This document shows positions 34,389 to 44,787 of a stretch of 53,017 nt of DNA, one piece after another (the stretch's first letter is position 1; the number at the start of each line of letters is the position of its first letter). Under the pieces are notes generated by a model. That model was not told the origin of the DNA and did not search any database. It saw only the letters and a list, made by a program, of their open reading frames with translations. Origin of the DNA: a bacterium (lineage in GTDB: Bacteria; Auribacterota; UBA3054); NCBI GenBank assembly GCA_017649705.1, contig JAGCGH010000032.1, positions 1 through 53,017 on the forward strand. Direction: 5' to 3'. The position numbers were made by a program, and so were the translations under genes.

Positions 34389-35843
34389 ATGTTCGTCGGC
34401 ATCGATCTCGGCACCTCGGGAGTCAAGCTGCTTCTGCTTGATAAAGAGGGAAGAATACTCGGCGCGCGCACCGAGGAATATCCGCTGTCCTTTCCCAAGC
34501 CAGGGTGGTCTGAACAGGATCCGAACGAATGGCTCTCTCAGACGAAAGCTGCCCTCGCGCAACTTCTCTCCGAGCACGGCAACCCCGAAGTGGACGCCCT
34601 GGGCATCGGGGGACAAATGCACGGGCTCGTCATCCTGGACGAACGTGACGAAGTGATAAGGCCCGCCATCCTTTGGAACGACGGCCGCACCGTCAAGGAA
34701 ACGGAATATCTCAACGAAAAGATCGGCAAGGAGAAACTCTCAGCCTATACCGGCAACATCGCCTTCGCGGGCTTCACCGCGCCGAAGATCCTCTGGATAA
34801 AAAACAACGAGCCGGAGAATTTTAAAAAGATAAAAAAGATAATGCTGCCCAAGGATTATCTTGTTTACAAACTCACAGGCGCGTTCGCGACGGACTACAG
34901 CGACGCTTCCGGCATGCTTTTATTGGACGTCAAAAACAAAAGGTGGTCTAATGAGATGCTCGCGATCTGCGGCGTCAGATCGGAACAGCTGCCAACGCTC
35001 CACGAAAGCTATGAGGCGGTGGGGAAGGTAACAGACGCGATCAAATTTGAGCTCGGCCTAAAGGGCGAAGCGATAGTCGCCGCGGGCGCCGGCGACAACG
35101 CCGCGGCCGCCGTGGGAACCGGCGCCGTGGGTCCCTCCAAATGCAACCTTTCCATTGGTACCTCCGGCACTATTTTCATCACCAGCGATAAATTCCTTGT
35201 CGATCCAAAGAACAGCCTGCACGCCTTCTGCCACGCGGACGGCGCCTTCCATCTTATGGGCTGTATGCTTTCAGCCGCCAGCTGCAACAAGTGGTTCATG
35301 GACGAGATACTGAGGGAAAAGGACTACGCCAGGGAACAGGCGGAAATCAAAACGCTGGGTGAGAACAAGGTTTTCTTCCTGCCCTACCTGATGGGGGAGA
35401 GAAGCCCCCACAACGATCCCCTTGTCAGAGCCATGTTCTACGGCATGAGCCTGGATACCTCGCGAAGCCAGATGTACCAGAGCGTTCTGGAAGGCGTGGC
35501 CTACGGCCTCAGGGATTCCCTGGAAGTGGCCAGGGGCATGGGACTAGAAATAAATTCCGCCACCCTTTGCGGCGGCGGCGCCAAAAGCCCGCTTTGGCGC
35601 GCGATCCTCTCTAACGTTCTGAAACTGGAGCTCAAGATCCCCGCCAACGAGGAAGGACCGGCTTTGGGCGGCGCCATCCTCGCGGCCGCCGCGGCAGGGT
35701 ATTTTCGCAACCTTCACGATGCGGCAAAGCAAATCGTCAAAATAAAAGAGACCCTCGCGCCGAAAGGTAAGCTTATGGCAAAATACGACGAGGGCTACGC
35801 CTTCTTCCGCAAGCTCTACCCGGCGGTGAAAGGCTTGAAATAA
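34389..35843 (+). CDS. xylB: xylulokinase
   Basis: GIDLGTSGVK, GQMHG, AILWNDGR, FTAPK, SDASG, GAGDNAA, PYLMGERSP, GGGAKS. Confidence 0.93.
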   Translation: MFVGIDLGTSGVKLLLLDKEGRILGARTEEYPLSFPKPGWSEQDPNEWLSQTKAALAQLLSEHGNPEVDALGIGGQMHGLVILDERDEVIRPAILWNDGRTVKETEYLNEKIGKEKLSAYTGNIAFAGFTAPKILWIKNNEPENFKKIKKIMLPKDYLVYKLTGAFATDYSDASGMLLLDVKNKRWSNEMLAICGVRSEQLPTLHESYEAVGKVTDAIKFELGLKGEAIVAAGAGDNAAAAVGTGAVGPSKCNLSIGTSGTIFITSDKFLVDPKNSLHAFCHADGAFHLMGCMLSAASCNKWFMDEILREKDYAREQAEIKTLGENKVFFLPYLMGERSPHNDPLVRAMFYGMSLDTSRSQMYQSVLEGVAYGLRDSLEVARGMGLEINSATLCGGGAKSPLWRAILSNVLKLELKIPANEEGPALGGAILAAAAAGYFRNLHDAAKQIVKIKETLAPKGKLMAKYDEGYAFFRKLYPAVKGLK

Positions 35844-35876
35844 AAAAAAGACCTTGCCTCGCGGCAAGGTCTTTTT
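35844..35876. terminator. bidirectional terminator
   Basis: AAAAAAGACCTTGCC-TCGC-GGCAAGGTCTTTTT between convergent genes. Confidence 0.9.
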
Positions 35877-35895
35877 GCTTAGTTTAAAGCTATGA

Positions 35896-37116
35896 TCACC
35901 TGGTGGCTTCGAAACTGGCTTCCTGTTTGCGGCCGTCGTCCAGATAGACGCCCTTGAAGCTCTTCGGGGTGATGGTTCCCTTGATGACGTCGGGAGTGCT
36001 CTCTCCGGGTTCGCTTCCTGTGAAGTTGGTGCCGTTGACGGTGCCCTGGTAGAAGTCGGTGTCGGTGTCGCCGTCCGGCTCGGTCTTGATGAGGGTGAAG
36101 GTGGCCTGGCCGTTCTGGGTGATGGAAACTTTGGCGGTCAGGGTATCCACGTCGCCGTCGTCATCGATATATTTGCCGGTGTAGGTGTAATCGCCGCTCT
36201 GAAGAGCCGTGGCGACTTTCTGCAGGACCTGGGAGAAGGAGGCGTTGGGGTCGCTGATGGCTTCTTTTATGGCCTCGCCTTTGGAGACGACGTTCTGCAG
36301 CGTCGAGGGGGATCCCTGCAGCTTGCCGCTGAAGGTCGCTTCCTTGAAGAAGCCGTCGTCGTATTTGGCGCCCTGGATGGTGCCGTTCGCGACGGTGCCT
36401 TTGATGCTGTCGGGGGTCAGCTCGATGCCGTGGTGGAATTCCTTGGCGGAGAAAGTGCCGTTCTTCAGGGTGCCTTCGTAGAGGCTGGAGTCGGTGTCGC
36501 CGTCGGCTTCCGTTTTGAGAAGGGTGAAGCGGGCCGCGCCGGTCTCCTTGTTGGTGAAGTCGACGGTCAGCGTCAGGCTTTTGACTTCGCCGTCGTCGTC
36601 GATGTACTGGCCTTTGTAGACCTGCTGTTCCATGGAAGCGGCCTGGATTGTTGTCTCAGGCTGAGCGGTGGTTTGCGGTGCCTGGGGCTGGGCGGGCTGT
36701 TGGACCTGAGCCGGCTGGGGGGCGGCAGGCGCGGTTGGCGCAGCCGGGGGTTCCGGTCTCTTGTGTCCGCCTTCGCCGGTCCTGATCCAGGCCAGGGTGT
36801 TCTCGTCCTTGTCGACGATGGAGGCTCTGAAATTGTCTTTGCTGAGTTTTCCTACCAGAGCGGTCTTGCCGTCCTTGTCCTGGGCGATGAAGCTGCCGAA
36901 AGAGACCTGGCCTTTGAAGGAGTAGGTCTGGGGCTCGGCTTCCGCGGTCACCACCTGGAAAGTGCTGCCCTCAGTGCCTGGAATGACGGTGACGACGCAG
37001 GCAACTTCTTCCTGACGGTTTTTGGAGAATTTGCCCTTGAAGGTCTGGATGTCGTCCGCGACGGCTAAGGACACGCAAAGCAGCACCGCGGCGGCTGTGA
37101 AGAATTTAAGTTTCAT
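35896..37116 (-). CDS. secreted protein with duplicated beta domain and Pro/Gln/Ala linker
   Basis: Signal peptide (AVA|D), RBS AAGGAG, two copies of YxGxYIDDDG..FTLxKTExDGDTD..TPDxIKGT..YxDDG. Confidence 0.8.
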   Translation of the reverse strand: MKLKFFTAAAVLLCVSLAVADDIQTFKGKFSKNRQEEVACVVTVIPGTEGSTFQVVTAEAEPQTYSFKGQVSFGSFIAQDKDGKTALVGKLSKDNFRASIVDKDENTLAWIRTGEGGHKRPEPPAAPTAPAAPQPAQVQQPAQPQAPQTTAQPETTIQAASMEQQVYKGQYIDDDGEVKSLTLTVDFTNKETGAARFTLLKTEADGDTDSSLYEGTLKNGTFSAKEFHHGIELTPDSIKGTVANGTIQGAKYDDGFFKEATFSGKLQGSPSTLQNVVSKGEAIKEAISDPNASFSQVLQKVATALQSGDYTYTGKYIDDDGDVDTLTAKVSITQNGQATFTLIKTEPDGDTDTDFYQGTVNGTNFTGSEPGESTPDVIKGTITPKSFKGVYLDDGRKQEASFEATR

Positions 37117-37223
37117 GTTAAAACTCCTTTTGTTAAAAAATTACGAAGGACTCTTCCCTAAAATTATAGCAAAAACACAAAAGAGCTTCTTTACCGGAAC
37201 ATTGCGAAAGGGAGGGGCGAAAT

Positions 37224-37255
37224 AAAAAGAGGCGCGCAGAAAGCGCGCCTCTTTT
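37224..37255 (-). terminator. terminator after tRNA-Gly
   Basis: AAAAAGAGGCGCGC-AGAAA-GCGCGCCTCTTTT directly abutting the tRNA CCA. Confidence 0.85.
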
Positions 37256-37329
37256 GGAGCGGGCGATGGGAATCGAACCCACGACGTTCAGCTTGGGAAG
37301 CTGACATTCTACCGCTGAATTACGCCCGC
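37255..37329 (-). tRNA. tRNA-Gly(CCC)
   Basis: Reverse complement GCGGGCG..TCAGC-TTCCCAA-GCTGA..GGTTCGATTCC..CGCCCGC-T-CCA; 75 nt. Confidence 0.97.
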
Positions 37330-37346
37330 GAAACTTTTATGACAAA

Positions 37347-37460
37347 TTATTTGCCCTGGATGGCGTCGAGGGCTTTGTCAAGTTTCTGGCCGGGGGTCGG
37401 CTCTTTTTTGCAAGCAGAAAGGGCCAAAACGGCGACGAGGACGATAAGCAAATATTTCAT
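37347..37460 (-). CDS. small lipoprotein, 37 aa (below the ORF-track cutoff)
   Basis: MKYLLIVLVAVLALSACKKEPTPGQKLDKALDAIQGK; lipobox LSAC; RBS AAGGAG. Confidence 0.85.
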   Translation of the reverse strand: MKYLLIVLVAVLALSACKKEPTPGQKLDKALDAIQGK

Positions 37461-37507
37461 GACTTTTCTCCTTAAAATTGGTTAGTGGGTTGAGAAACAA
37501 CACTATT

Positions 37508-37536
37508 ATTCTACAAAGTTTGATTTTTACAGTCAA
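37508..37536 (-). promoter_or_regulatory. sigma70 promoter for small lipoprotein and tRNA-Gly
   Basis: Minus strand TTGACT-17 bp-TAGAAT. Confidence 0.8.
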
Positions 37537-37660
37537 GCGGATGGCCGGCTTCGGCGAGGGGGGGCGGAGAGGGTAAAGGATAGGCTTTTGGCCTATGGCG
37601 CGGCTTATGGTAAAATATCATATGGATAGACTTATATTACGCTTAATTAAGGAGACCTTA

Positions 37661-38233
37661 ATGAAAACCAGATCCATGGCGCTTGCCGCGCTGTGCGCTT
37701 TCCTTTTGTTCGCGGAAGGGTGCGCGGTCTTGAGTTCCGTGAAGACCGTGACGGAGTGCGATTTCGCCTTCGCCGGGCTGGACAGCTTCAGCTACGCCGG
37801 CGTGAAGCTGGACAAGCTTGCCAATCCCTCCTCCCTTTCCCTCACCGACACCATAAACATTCTGACCGCCCTTAGGGACAAGAAAGCCAAGCTGACTTTC
37901 AACGCCCTGGTGGACATCGACAATCCCCACTCCGGCTCCGCTTCCGTGGAAAAACTGGACTGGAAACTTTTCCTGGAGGGGAAGGAACTTTTGACGGGCG
38001 TCAACACGGACACCATAAAAATAGACCCCAACAGCAAGACCAAGGCGACCATCCAGGCCAACATCGATCCGACCACCGTCCTTTCCGGCGGAACGCTGGA
38101 GGATCTCTGGACGCTTTACTGCAAGCTCTCCGGCAGGGAGACTTCCAAAAAGGCGAATTTGATGCTGCAGCTTAAGCCCACGGTGGGCGGCCGCAGCTAT
38201 CCGGACTACCTCAAGCTGGAGAAAACTTTATAA
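37661..38233 (+). CDS. LEA_2/WHy-like lipoprotein
   Basis: Lipobox-like AEGC, IDNP..ASVEKLDWKLFLEG pattern; RBS AAGGAG. Confidence 0.7.
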   Translation: MKTRSMALAALCAFLLFAEGCAVLSSVKTVTECDFAFAGLDSFSYAGVKLDKLANPSSLSLTDTINILTALRDKKAKLTFNALVDIDNPHSGSASVEKLDWKLFLEGKELLTGVNTDTIKIDPNSKTKATIQANIDPTTVLSGGTLEDLWTLYCKLSGRETSKKANLMLQLKPTVGGRSYPDYLKLEKTL

Positions 38234-38284
38234 GGGAATCAAGGCGCCTGGAAGCGCTTTCAAATATTAAAAAATCAAGATTAA

Positions 38285-39781
<1,497 letters not shown>

Positions 39782-39790
39782 AAGGGAAAA

Positions 39791-40573
39791 ATGAAATTAG
39801 CCTGCAGCACAGACCTGTTGATACCGCTTAGCGACGACCTTGACGCCGCGGTGCACAAAGCCGCGGAAAGGCATCTGCACGGCCTGGCCATCTCCCTGAC
39901 GCCGGCCTCGCCTTTTCACATGGGCATCCTCTCCCCGGGGAACATATCTTTCCTGAAAGAGGCGAGAGCCCATCACGTGAAAGTGATGTGCCTTTACGGT
40001 CTGACGCTTTTCGGCAGGGAGCCGGAGGCGGAGAAGAGCTATCTTAAGAAGGCCGTCTGCTATTCCCACGCCGTGGGAAGCGAGCTGGTCAGCCTGCGGG
40101 TGGGTTTCAAGCCCGGGGAAAGGCCCCCGGAATCCCTGAGGGAGATCATTGCGGAATCTGCCGATTTCGCCGAGGATCTGGACGTCTGCCTGGGGATAGA
40201 GCCCAGGATCGATTCCGCCGTGGACAGCCTCTCTTCCGCCCTCGATCTGATCGATTCCGTGAACAGCAGCCACTTCGGGCTTGTCTACAATCCGGCTTTC
40301 CATCGTTTCTCCGAGGAAAAGATGCCCATTAACGCCGCGGAAGTTATAAAGAGCTATCTTCTGATGGTGGTGCTGACGCCGGAGGAGGGGACAGATCCCG
40401 AGGAGACCCACCGTTCGCTCCTGCTTCTGCACAAGGCCGGTTTCGAAGACTACGTCCTCTGCCACGCGGAGGGGCACGAGGCTGAGCATCTCAGCGAGGC
40501 CGCGGAGCAGACGGAGGGCTTGATGAAATACCTCAAGGAACTGGAAAAAGAGGACCGCTTCACCTCATGCTGA
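39791..40573 (+). CDS. AP-endonuclease-2 / sugar-phosphate isomerase-like TIM barrel, divergent
   Basis: VCLGIEP..LIDSVNSSHFGLVYNP..LHKAGFEDYV pattern. Confidence 0.6.
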   Translation: MKLACSTDLLIPLSDDLDAAVHKAAERHLHGLAISLTPASPFHMGILSPGNISFLKEARAHHVKVMCLYGLTLFGREPEAEKSYLKKAVCYSHAVGSELVSLRVGFKPGERPPESLREIIAESADFAEDLDVCLGIEPRIDSAVDSLSSALDLIDSVNSSHFGLVYNPAFHRFSEEKMPINAAEVIKSYLLMVVLTPEEGTDPEETHRSLLLLHKAGFEDYVLCHAEGHEAEHLSEAAEQTEGLMKYLKELEKEDRFTSC

Positions 40574-41454
40574 CGACGCTTCTTGTGATCATCGCCGTGG
40601 GCATCGGGCTTTGGACTTTCGTTCCCGGGATCTGGTGCTACTTCAAGATCACCCGCCAGGCCGGAAAGAAAACTTTTTCAAGCCTGCCCGGGGATTTCGG
40701 GTATGCTTACAGCGAGATGCGCGTAAAGGGCGAAGGCGGCGTGGAGCTGGCGGTCTGGTACATCCCGGCCAAGGACAAGAAAGGCGTGGTCATAGCCAGC
40801 CATAATTTGGGCGGCAACAAGAGCAGCGCCTTCACTTACCTGAGGCCTTACGTGGAGGAGGGCTATTCTCTGGTGATGTATGATTTCCGGGGACACGGGG
40901 ACAGCGAGAAGGCTTACTGCACCATGGGGTATCAAGAGACCAGGGACCTTGAGATCCTGACGGATTACGTATCCTCGGAGCTGGCGGAGGGGTTGCCTAT
41001 CTTCTACTGGGGCTTTTCCCTGGGGGCGACCATCTCGCTTCTGGCGGCGGCCCAGAACGGCAAGGTCAGGGCGGTCATCGCCCACAGCCCTTTCGTCAGC
41101 CTGCCGCAAGTCCTCAAGCATTACGCCAGGACCTTCTACCACGTGCCCAGCCGGGCCTGCGCCTTTTTGGTGCTTTCTTTGCTTAAGCGCTTCCAGGGCG
41201 TCAGGGCGGAGGAGGTGGACGTGGCCCGGGCGGCCAGGCATCTGGAAGACATGCCGATCCTTTTGATCGGCGGCGCCAGGGACCGCCAGGTGCCGGAGGA
41301 ATGGCTTATGCGCCTTTCCGCTCTTTTGCCGAAGGCGGAGCTTCTGTTGGGCCCCTACGGCCACTGGGAGCTCCCTTTCACGGAAGTTTACAACGTTTCG
41401 TCGCGTCCTGACATAGAGCGCGGCATTGCATTTTTAAAGGAACATACATGTTGA
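40567..41454 (+). CDS. membrane-anchored alpha/beta hydrolase
   Basis: N-terminal TM, YDFRGHGDS, WGFSLG, GARDRQV, GH. Confidence 0.88.
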   Translation: MLTTLLVIIAVGIGLWTFVPGIWCYFKITRQAGKKTFSSLPGDFGYAYSEMRVKGEGGVELAVWYIPAKDKKGVVIASHNLGGNKSSAFTYLRPYVEEGYSLVMYDFRGHGDSEKAYCTMGYQETRDLEILTDYVSSELAEGLPIFYWGFSLGATISLLAAAQNGKVRAVIAHSPFVSLPQVLKHYARTFYHVPSRACAFLVLSLLKRFQGVRAEEVDVARAARHLEDMPILLIGGARDRQVPEEWLMRLSALLPKAELLLGPYGHWELPFTEVYNVSSRPDIERGIAFLKEHTC

Positions 41455-42815
41455 TGCGATTGCAAAAATATCTCTCCGAGCACGGGATCTGCTCCCGCCG
41501 CCGGGCCGAGGAGCACATCCTGGCCGGCCGGGTCAGGGTGAACGGGGAAACTGTCACCGTCCTGGGAACGAAAGTCGATCCGGAAAAGGATCTGGTGGAA
41601 TACGACCAGGAAGTGGTGGAGACGCCGCAGAAGCTGCGTTACATCGTTTTGAACAAGCCCTACGGAATAGTGACCTCCTGCCTGCAGAAGGGGGAAGTGA
41701 CGATAAAAGACCTGGTGGACGTGAAGGAAAGGCTCTTCCCGGTGGGAAGGCTGGACAAGGACAGCATAGGACTAGTCCTGATGACCAACGACGGCACGCT
41801 GGCCTACCGGCTCATGCATCCCAAATTCATGCATGAAAAGGAATACGTGGTGGACACCGTGGACCCCGTGACGGAGGGCATGCTGGAGAAGATCGCCAAG
41901 GGCGTGAAAATAGAAGGGGTAATGACTTCCCAGTGCAAAGTCCTGAAGATCGGCCCCCGGCGCTTCAGGATCGTTCTGAAGGAAGGCCGCAACCGCCAGA
42001 TCAGAAAGATGGTCAGCAAGGTGGGCACCGACGTCGCGCGCCTGGAAAGGATCAGGATAGAGAACGTGAGGCTTGGTTCGCTTCCCCAGGGCGCCTGGCG
42101 GGAACTGACCTTCGAGGAGGAATACGAACTCTTCCAGCGGGCGGGCCTGGTCAGGCACGCGGAGGCCCTGAAGTCCTCCAACCGCAAGAGCCCCAGGAAG
42201 GACCCGGAAGTCCATTTGAGCGAATGGGCGAAGAAACGCCAGGAGAGAAAAGCTTCCTCCGGCCCGGAGGAGGATTTCGAAGAGGCTCCCTCCCCGGAAA
42301 GCTTTGAGAAAGGCGGGGAAGAGGTCTCCTATTTCGGCGGGGAAAAAGACGCCGCTTTCGGTTTCGCCGCGAAAAAGCCCGCCGCGAAAAGATCCCGGGG
42401 GCAAAGGCTGAAGGAAAAAGAAAAACCCGAGGACCTCATATCGGAGCTCGACCACACTCCCGAAAGGCCTTCGGGGGAAAGGGAGGGAAGGCCCTTCGGC
42501 GACAAAAAGAGACCCCCGCGCTCCCGGGACGGCTTCAGACGGCCGGCCAGGGCGAGGAACATGGAAAAAAGAAAAAGGACCGGCGATTTCAAAAACAGAA
42601 GGGAAGAGGAAGGCTACCATGAGCGCTACGGAATGGGCAAACCGGCCCGGGACTACGAGCGCTCCGGAGGAAAAGAAGGCCGTCCCCGCTTCGGAAAAAA
42701 GCCCGCTTCCGGCTTCAGGAAAGAGGAAGGCGGCAGAAATCGCTTCGGCGCTAAAAAACCCTCCGGCCGCTCCTTCAAGGGATCGGCGAGAGGCGGCCTG
42801 AAAAGAAAAAAGTGA
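41448..42815 (+). CDS. rRNA pseudouridine synthase (RsuA/RluB family) with long basic disordered tail
   Basis: S4 domain RLQKYL..SRRRAE, LNKP, PVGRLDKDS, EGRNRQIR. Confidence 0.93.
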   Translation: MLMRLQKYLSEHGICSRRRAEEHILAGRVRVNGETVTVLGTKVDPEKDLVEYDQEVVETPQKLRYIVLNKPYGIVTSCLQKGEVTIKDLVDVKERLFPVGRLDKDSIGLVLMTNDGTLAYRLMHPKFMHEKEYVVDTVDPVTEGMLEKIAKGVKIEGVMTSQCKVLKIGPRRFRIVLKEGRNRQIRKMVSKVGTDVARLERIRIENVRLGSLPQGAWRELTFEEEYELFQRAGLVRHAEALKSSNRKSPRKDPEVHLSEWAKKRQERKASSGPEEDFEEAPSPESFEKGGEEVSYFGGEKDAAFGFAAKKPAAKRSRGQRLKEKEKPEDLISELDHTPERPSGEREGRPFGDKKRPPRSRDGFRRPARARNMEKRKRTGDFKNRREEEGYHERYGMGKPARDYERSGGKEGRPRFGKKPASGFRKEEGGRNRFGAKKPSGRSFKGSARGGLKRKK

Positions 42816-42823
42816 GGTGAAGC

Positions 42824-43456
42824 ATGGAATTGAAACCGTATTTTCTCTATGAACGCTACCCCGCTCTCAGGGAATGCGAAAAGGCCATAGAAGAGGCCGC
42901 GCGCATCCTTGACGAAACTTACAAAAAAGGCGGCAGGATCTACTGCTGCGGCAACGGCGGCAGCGCCGCGGACTGCGAGCACATCGTGGGGGAACTGATG
43001 AAGGGCTTTTTGAAAAAGCGCCCCCTCGCGGCCGGGGAAAAGGAGGTTCTCTCCGCCTTCGGCAAGGAGGGCGAATACCTATCCGCCAATCTCCAGGGAG
43101 CCATACCCGCGGTCTCGCTGGTCAACTCCGTGGGATTGGGAACGGCCTTCGCCAACGACGTGGCGCCGGAACTCGTTTTCGCCCAGCAGATCTACGGCCT
43201 GGGCAGGGAAGGGGACGCGCTTATAGCCATCAGCACTTCCGGCAACTCCAAAAACGTGATCTACGCCATATTGGCCGCCAAGGCGAGGGGCGTCAAGGTC
43301 ATCGGGCTCACGGGAGCGGGCGGCGGAAAAATGGCGCCCCTCTGCGACTGCCCCGTTCTGACGCCCTCCCACAGCACGCCGGAAATTCAGGAATACCACC
43401 TGAGCATTTACCACTATCTCTGCCAGAAGGTGGAAAAAAACAATTTCCCCGAATGA
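42824..43456 (+). CDS. gmhA: phosphoheptose (sedoheptulose-7-P) isomerase, SIS domain
   Basis: CGNGGSAAD, TAFAND, ISTSGNSKNV, IQEYH. Confidence 0.88.
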   Translation: MELKPYFLYERYPALRECEKAIEEAARILDETYKKGGRIYCCGNGGSAADCEHIVGELMKGFLKKRPLAAGEKEVLSAFGKEGEYLSANLQGAIPAVSLVNSVGLGTAFANDVAPELVFAQQIYGLGREGDALIAISTSGNSKNVIYAILAAKARGVKVIGLTGAGGGKMAPLCDCPVLTPSHSTPEIQEYHLSIYHYLCQKVEKNNFPE

Positions 43457-43467
43457 TCTGATCTCTG

Positions 43468-44787
43468 ATGGGCACGCTTTCCTACAACCTTAAGATGCTC
43501 TGGCGCCTTTTCGGCAAGCGCAATCCTGAGTTCCACCGCCAGGTCAACGAACTGGCGGAGTGGCGGGACATGGACACCGAGAGCCGCCACGTGGAGCAGA
43601 TCCTGAAGCTGGCCCATACTTTGACGGTGGCGAAGAAAAGCGTTTACTACCGCGACATGCTCTCGAATTTCAAAGCCAAGCAGAACGCCATCGACTTTTT
43701 GAAGACGCTGCCATATTTGGAAAAGGAAGCGCTGCGGGCCCGTCCGGAGCTTTTTCTGACGGGGGAGAAGCTGACCGCTCCCGCCTACACCAGCGGAACC
43801 ACCGGAACGCCCCTGCAATTAAGGCGCAGCTGGCGCTCCATCGCCAGGGAGGAGGCGGGCTTCTTCTCCTGGTACTGCCAGGCCGGCTGGCGCCCGGGCT
43901 GGCCCATGATCGTTTTGAGAGGCGATCTTGTGACGCCCCAGGACCGCCAGGTCCCGCCCTTCGGGGTGCATGATTTCATCGGCCGCCGCTGGGTCTTGTC
44001 TTCCTATCACATGTCCGACGCCACCCTGCCCTGGTACGTGGACACCATCCGCTCCTCCGGAAGCATCTTCATGAGCGCTTATCCCAGCTCCGCCTACATC
44101 CTGGCGGAGTATCTCTGGCGGAAGGGGCTGAGGCCTCTGCAAATGCGGGCCGTCTTCTTGGCTTCCGAGACCGTGAGCCAGGAGATGATCGACCTTATCA
44201 GCGAATTCATCGGCCCGGTGCACGTGCAGTACGGCATGGCGGAGAGAGTCTGCTGGATGACCACCTGCCAGGCGGGCTGCTACCACGAGGACACCAGCTA
44301 CGGCTTCACGGAATACGCGCCCTTGGGCGACGGCCGCTATGAGATCGTGGCCACCAGCTTCATCAACGACGCCCAGCCGCTCATACGCTACCAGACCGGG
44401 GACATCGCCATCGGACCCTTCGGCTGGAAAGACCGCTGCGAATGCGGCGCCAGGGGGCCGGGCTGCCGCCAGATCCTGGGCAGGGAGGACGACCTTTACG
44501 TTCTGCCCGACGGCCGGAAGATCGGGAGGCTGGACCATGTCTTCAAGGCCGTGCCGCACATCGTGGCGGCCCAGATAATCCAGCACGACCTCTACCACAC
44601 GGAGATAATAATAGTGCCGGACATCCATTACGAGCAGTCTTCCGAAAAAGTGATCCGCGGGAAATTCCTGGAGAGGACTTCCCCGGACATCGCCATACAG
44701 TTCACTTACCGTTCTTTCCTGCCCAGGACCGCCAGAGGGAAGTTCAGGGCGGTAGTTTCCAAAGTCGCAAAGGATTACCATGGATAA
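43468..44787 (+). CDS. phenylacetate-CoA ligase / CapK-like adenylate-forming enzyme
   Basis: TSGTTGTP, YGMAE, PLIRYQTGD, GREDD, PRTARGKFRAV. Confidence 0.85.
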   Translation: MGTLSYNLKMLWRLFGKRNPEFHRQVNELAEWRDMDTESRHVEQILKLAHTLTVAKKSVYYRDMLSNFKAKQNAIDFLKTLPYLEKEALRARPELFLTGEKLTAPAYTSGTTGTPLQLRRSWRSIAREEAGFFSWYCQAGWRPGWPMIVLRGDLVTPQDRQVPPFGVHDFIGRRWVLSSYHMSDATLPWYVDTIRSSGSIFMSAYPSSAYILAEYLWRKGLRPLQMRAVFLASETVSQEMIDLISEFIGPVHVQYGMAERVCWMTTCQAGCYHEDTSYGFTEYAPLGDGRYEIVATSFINDAQPLIRYQTGDIAIGPFGWKDRCECGARGPGCRQILGREDDLYVLPDGRKIGRLDHVFKAVPHIVAAQIIQHDLYHTEIIIVPDIHYEQSSEKVIRGKFLERTSPDIAIQFTYRSFLPRTARGKFRAVVSKVAKDYHG

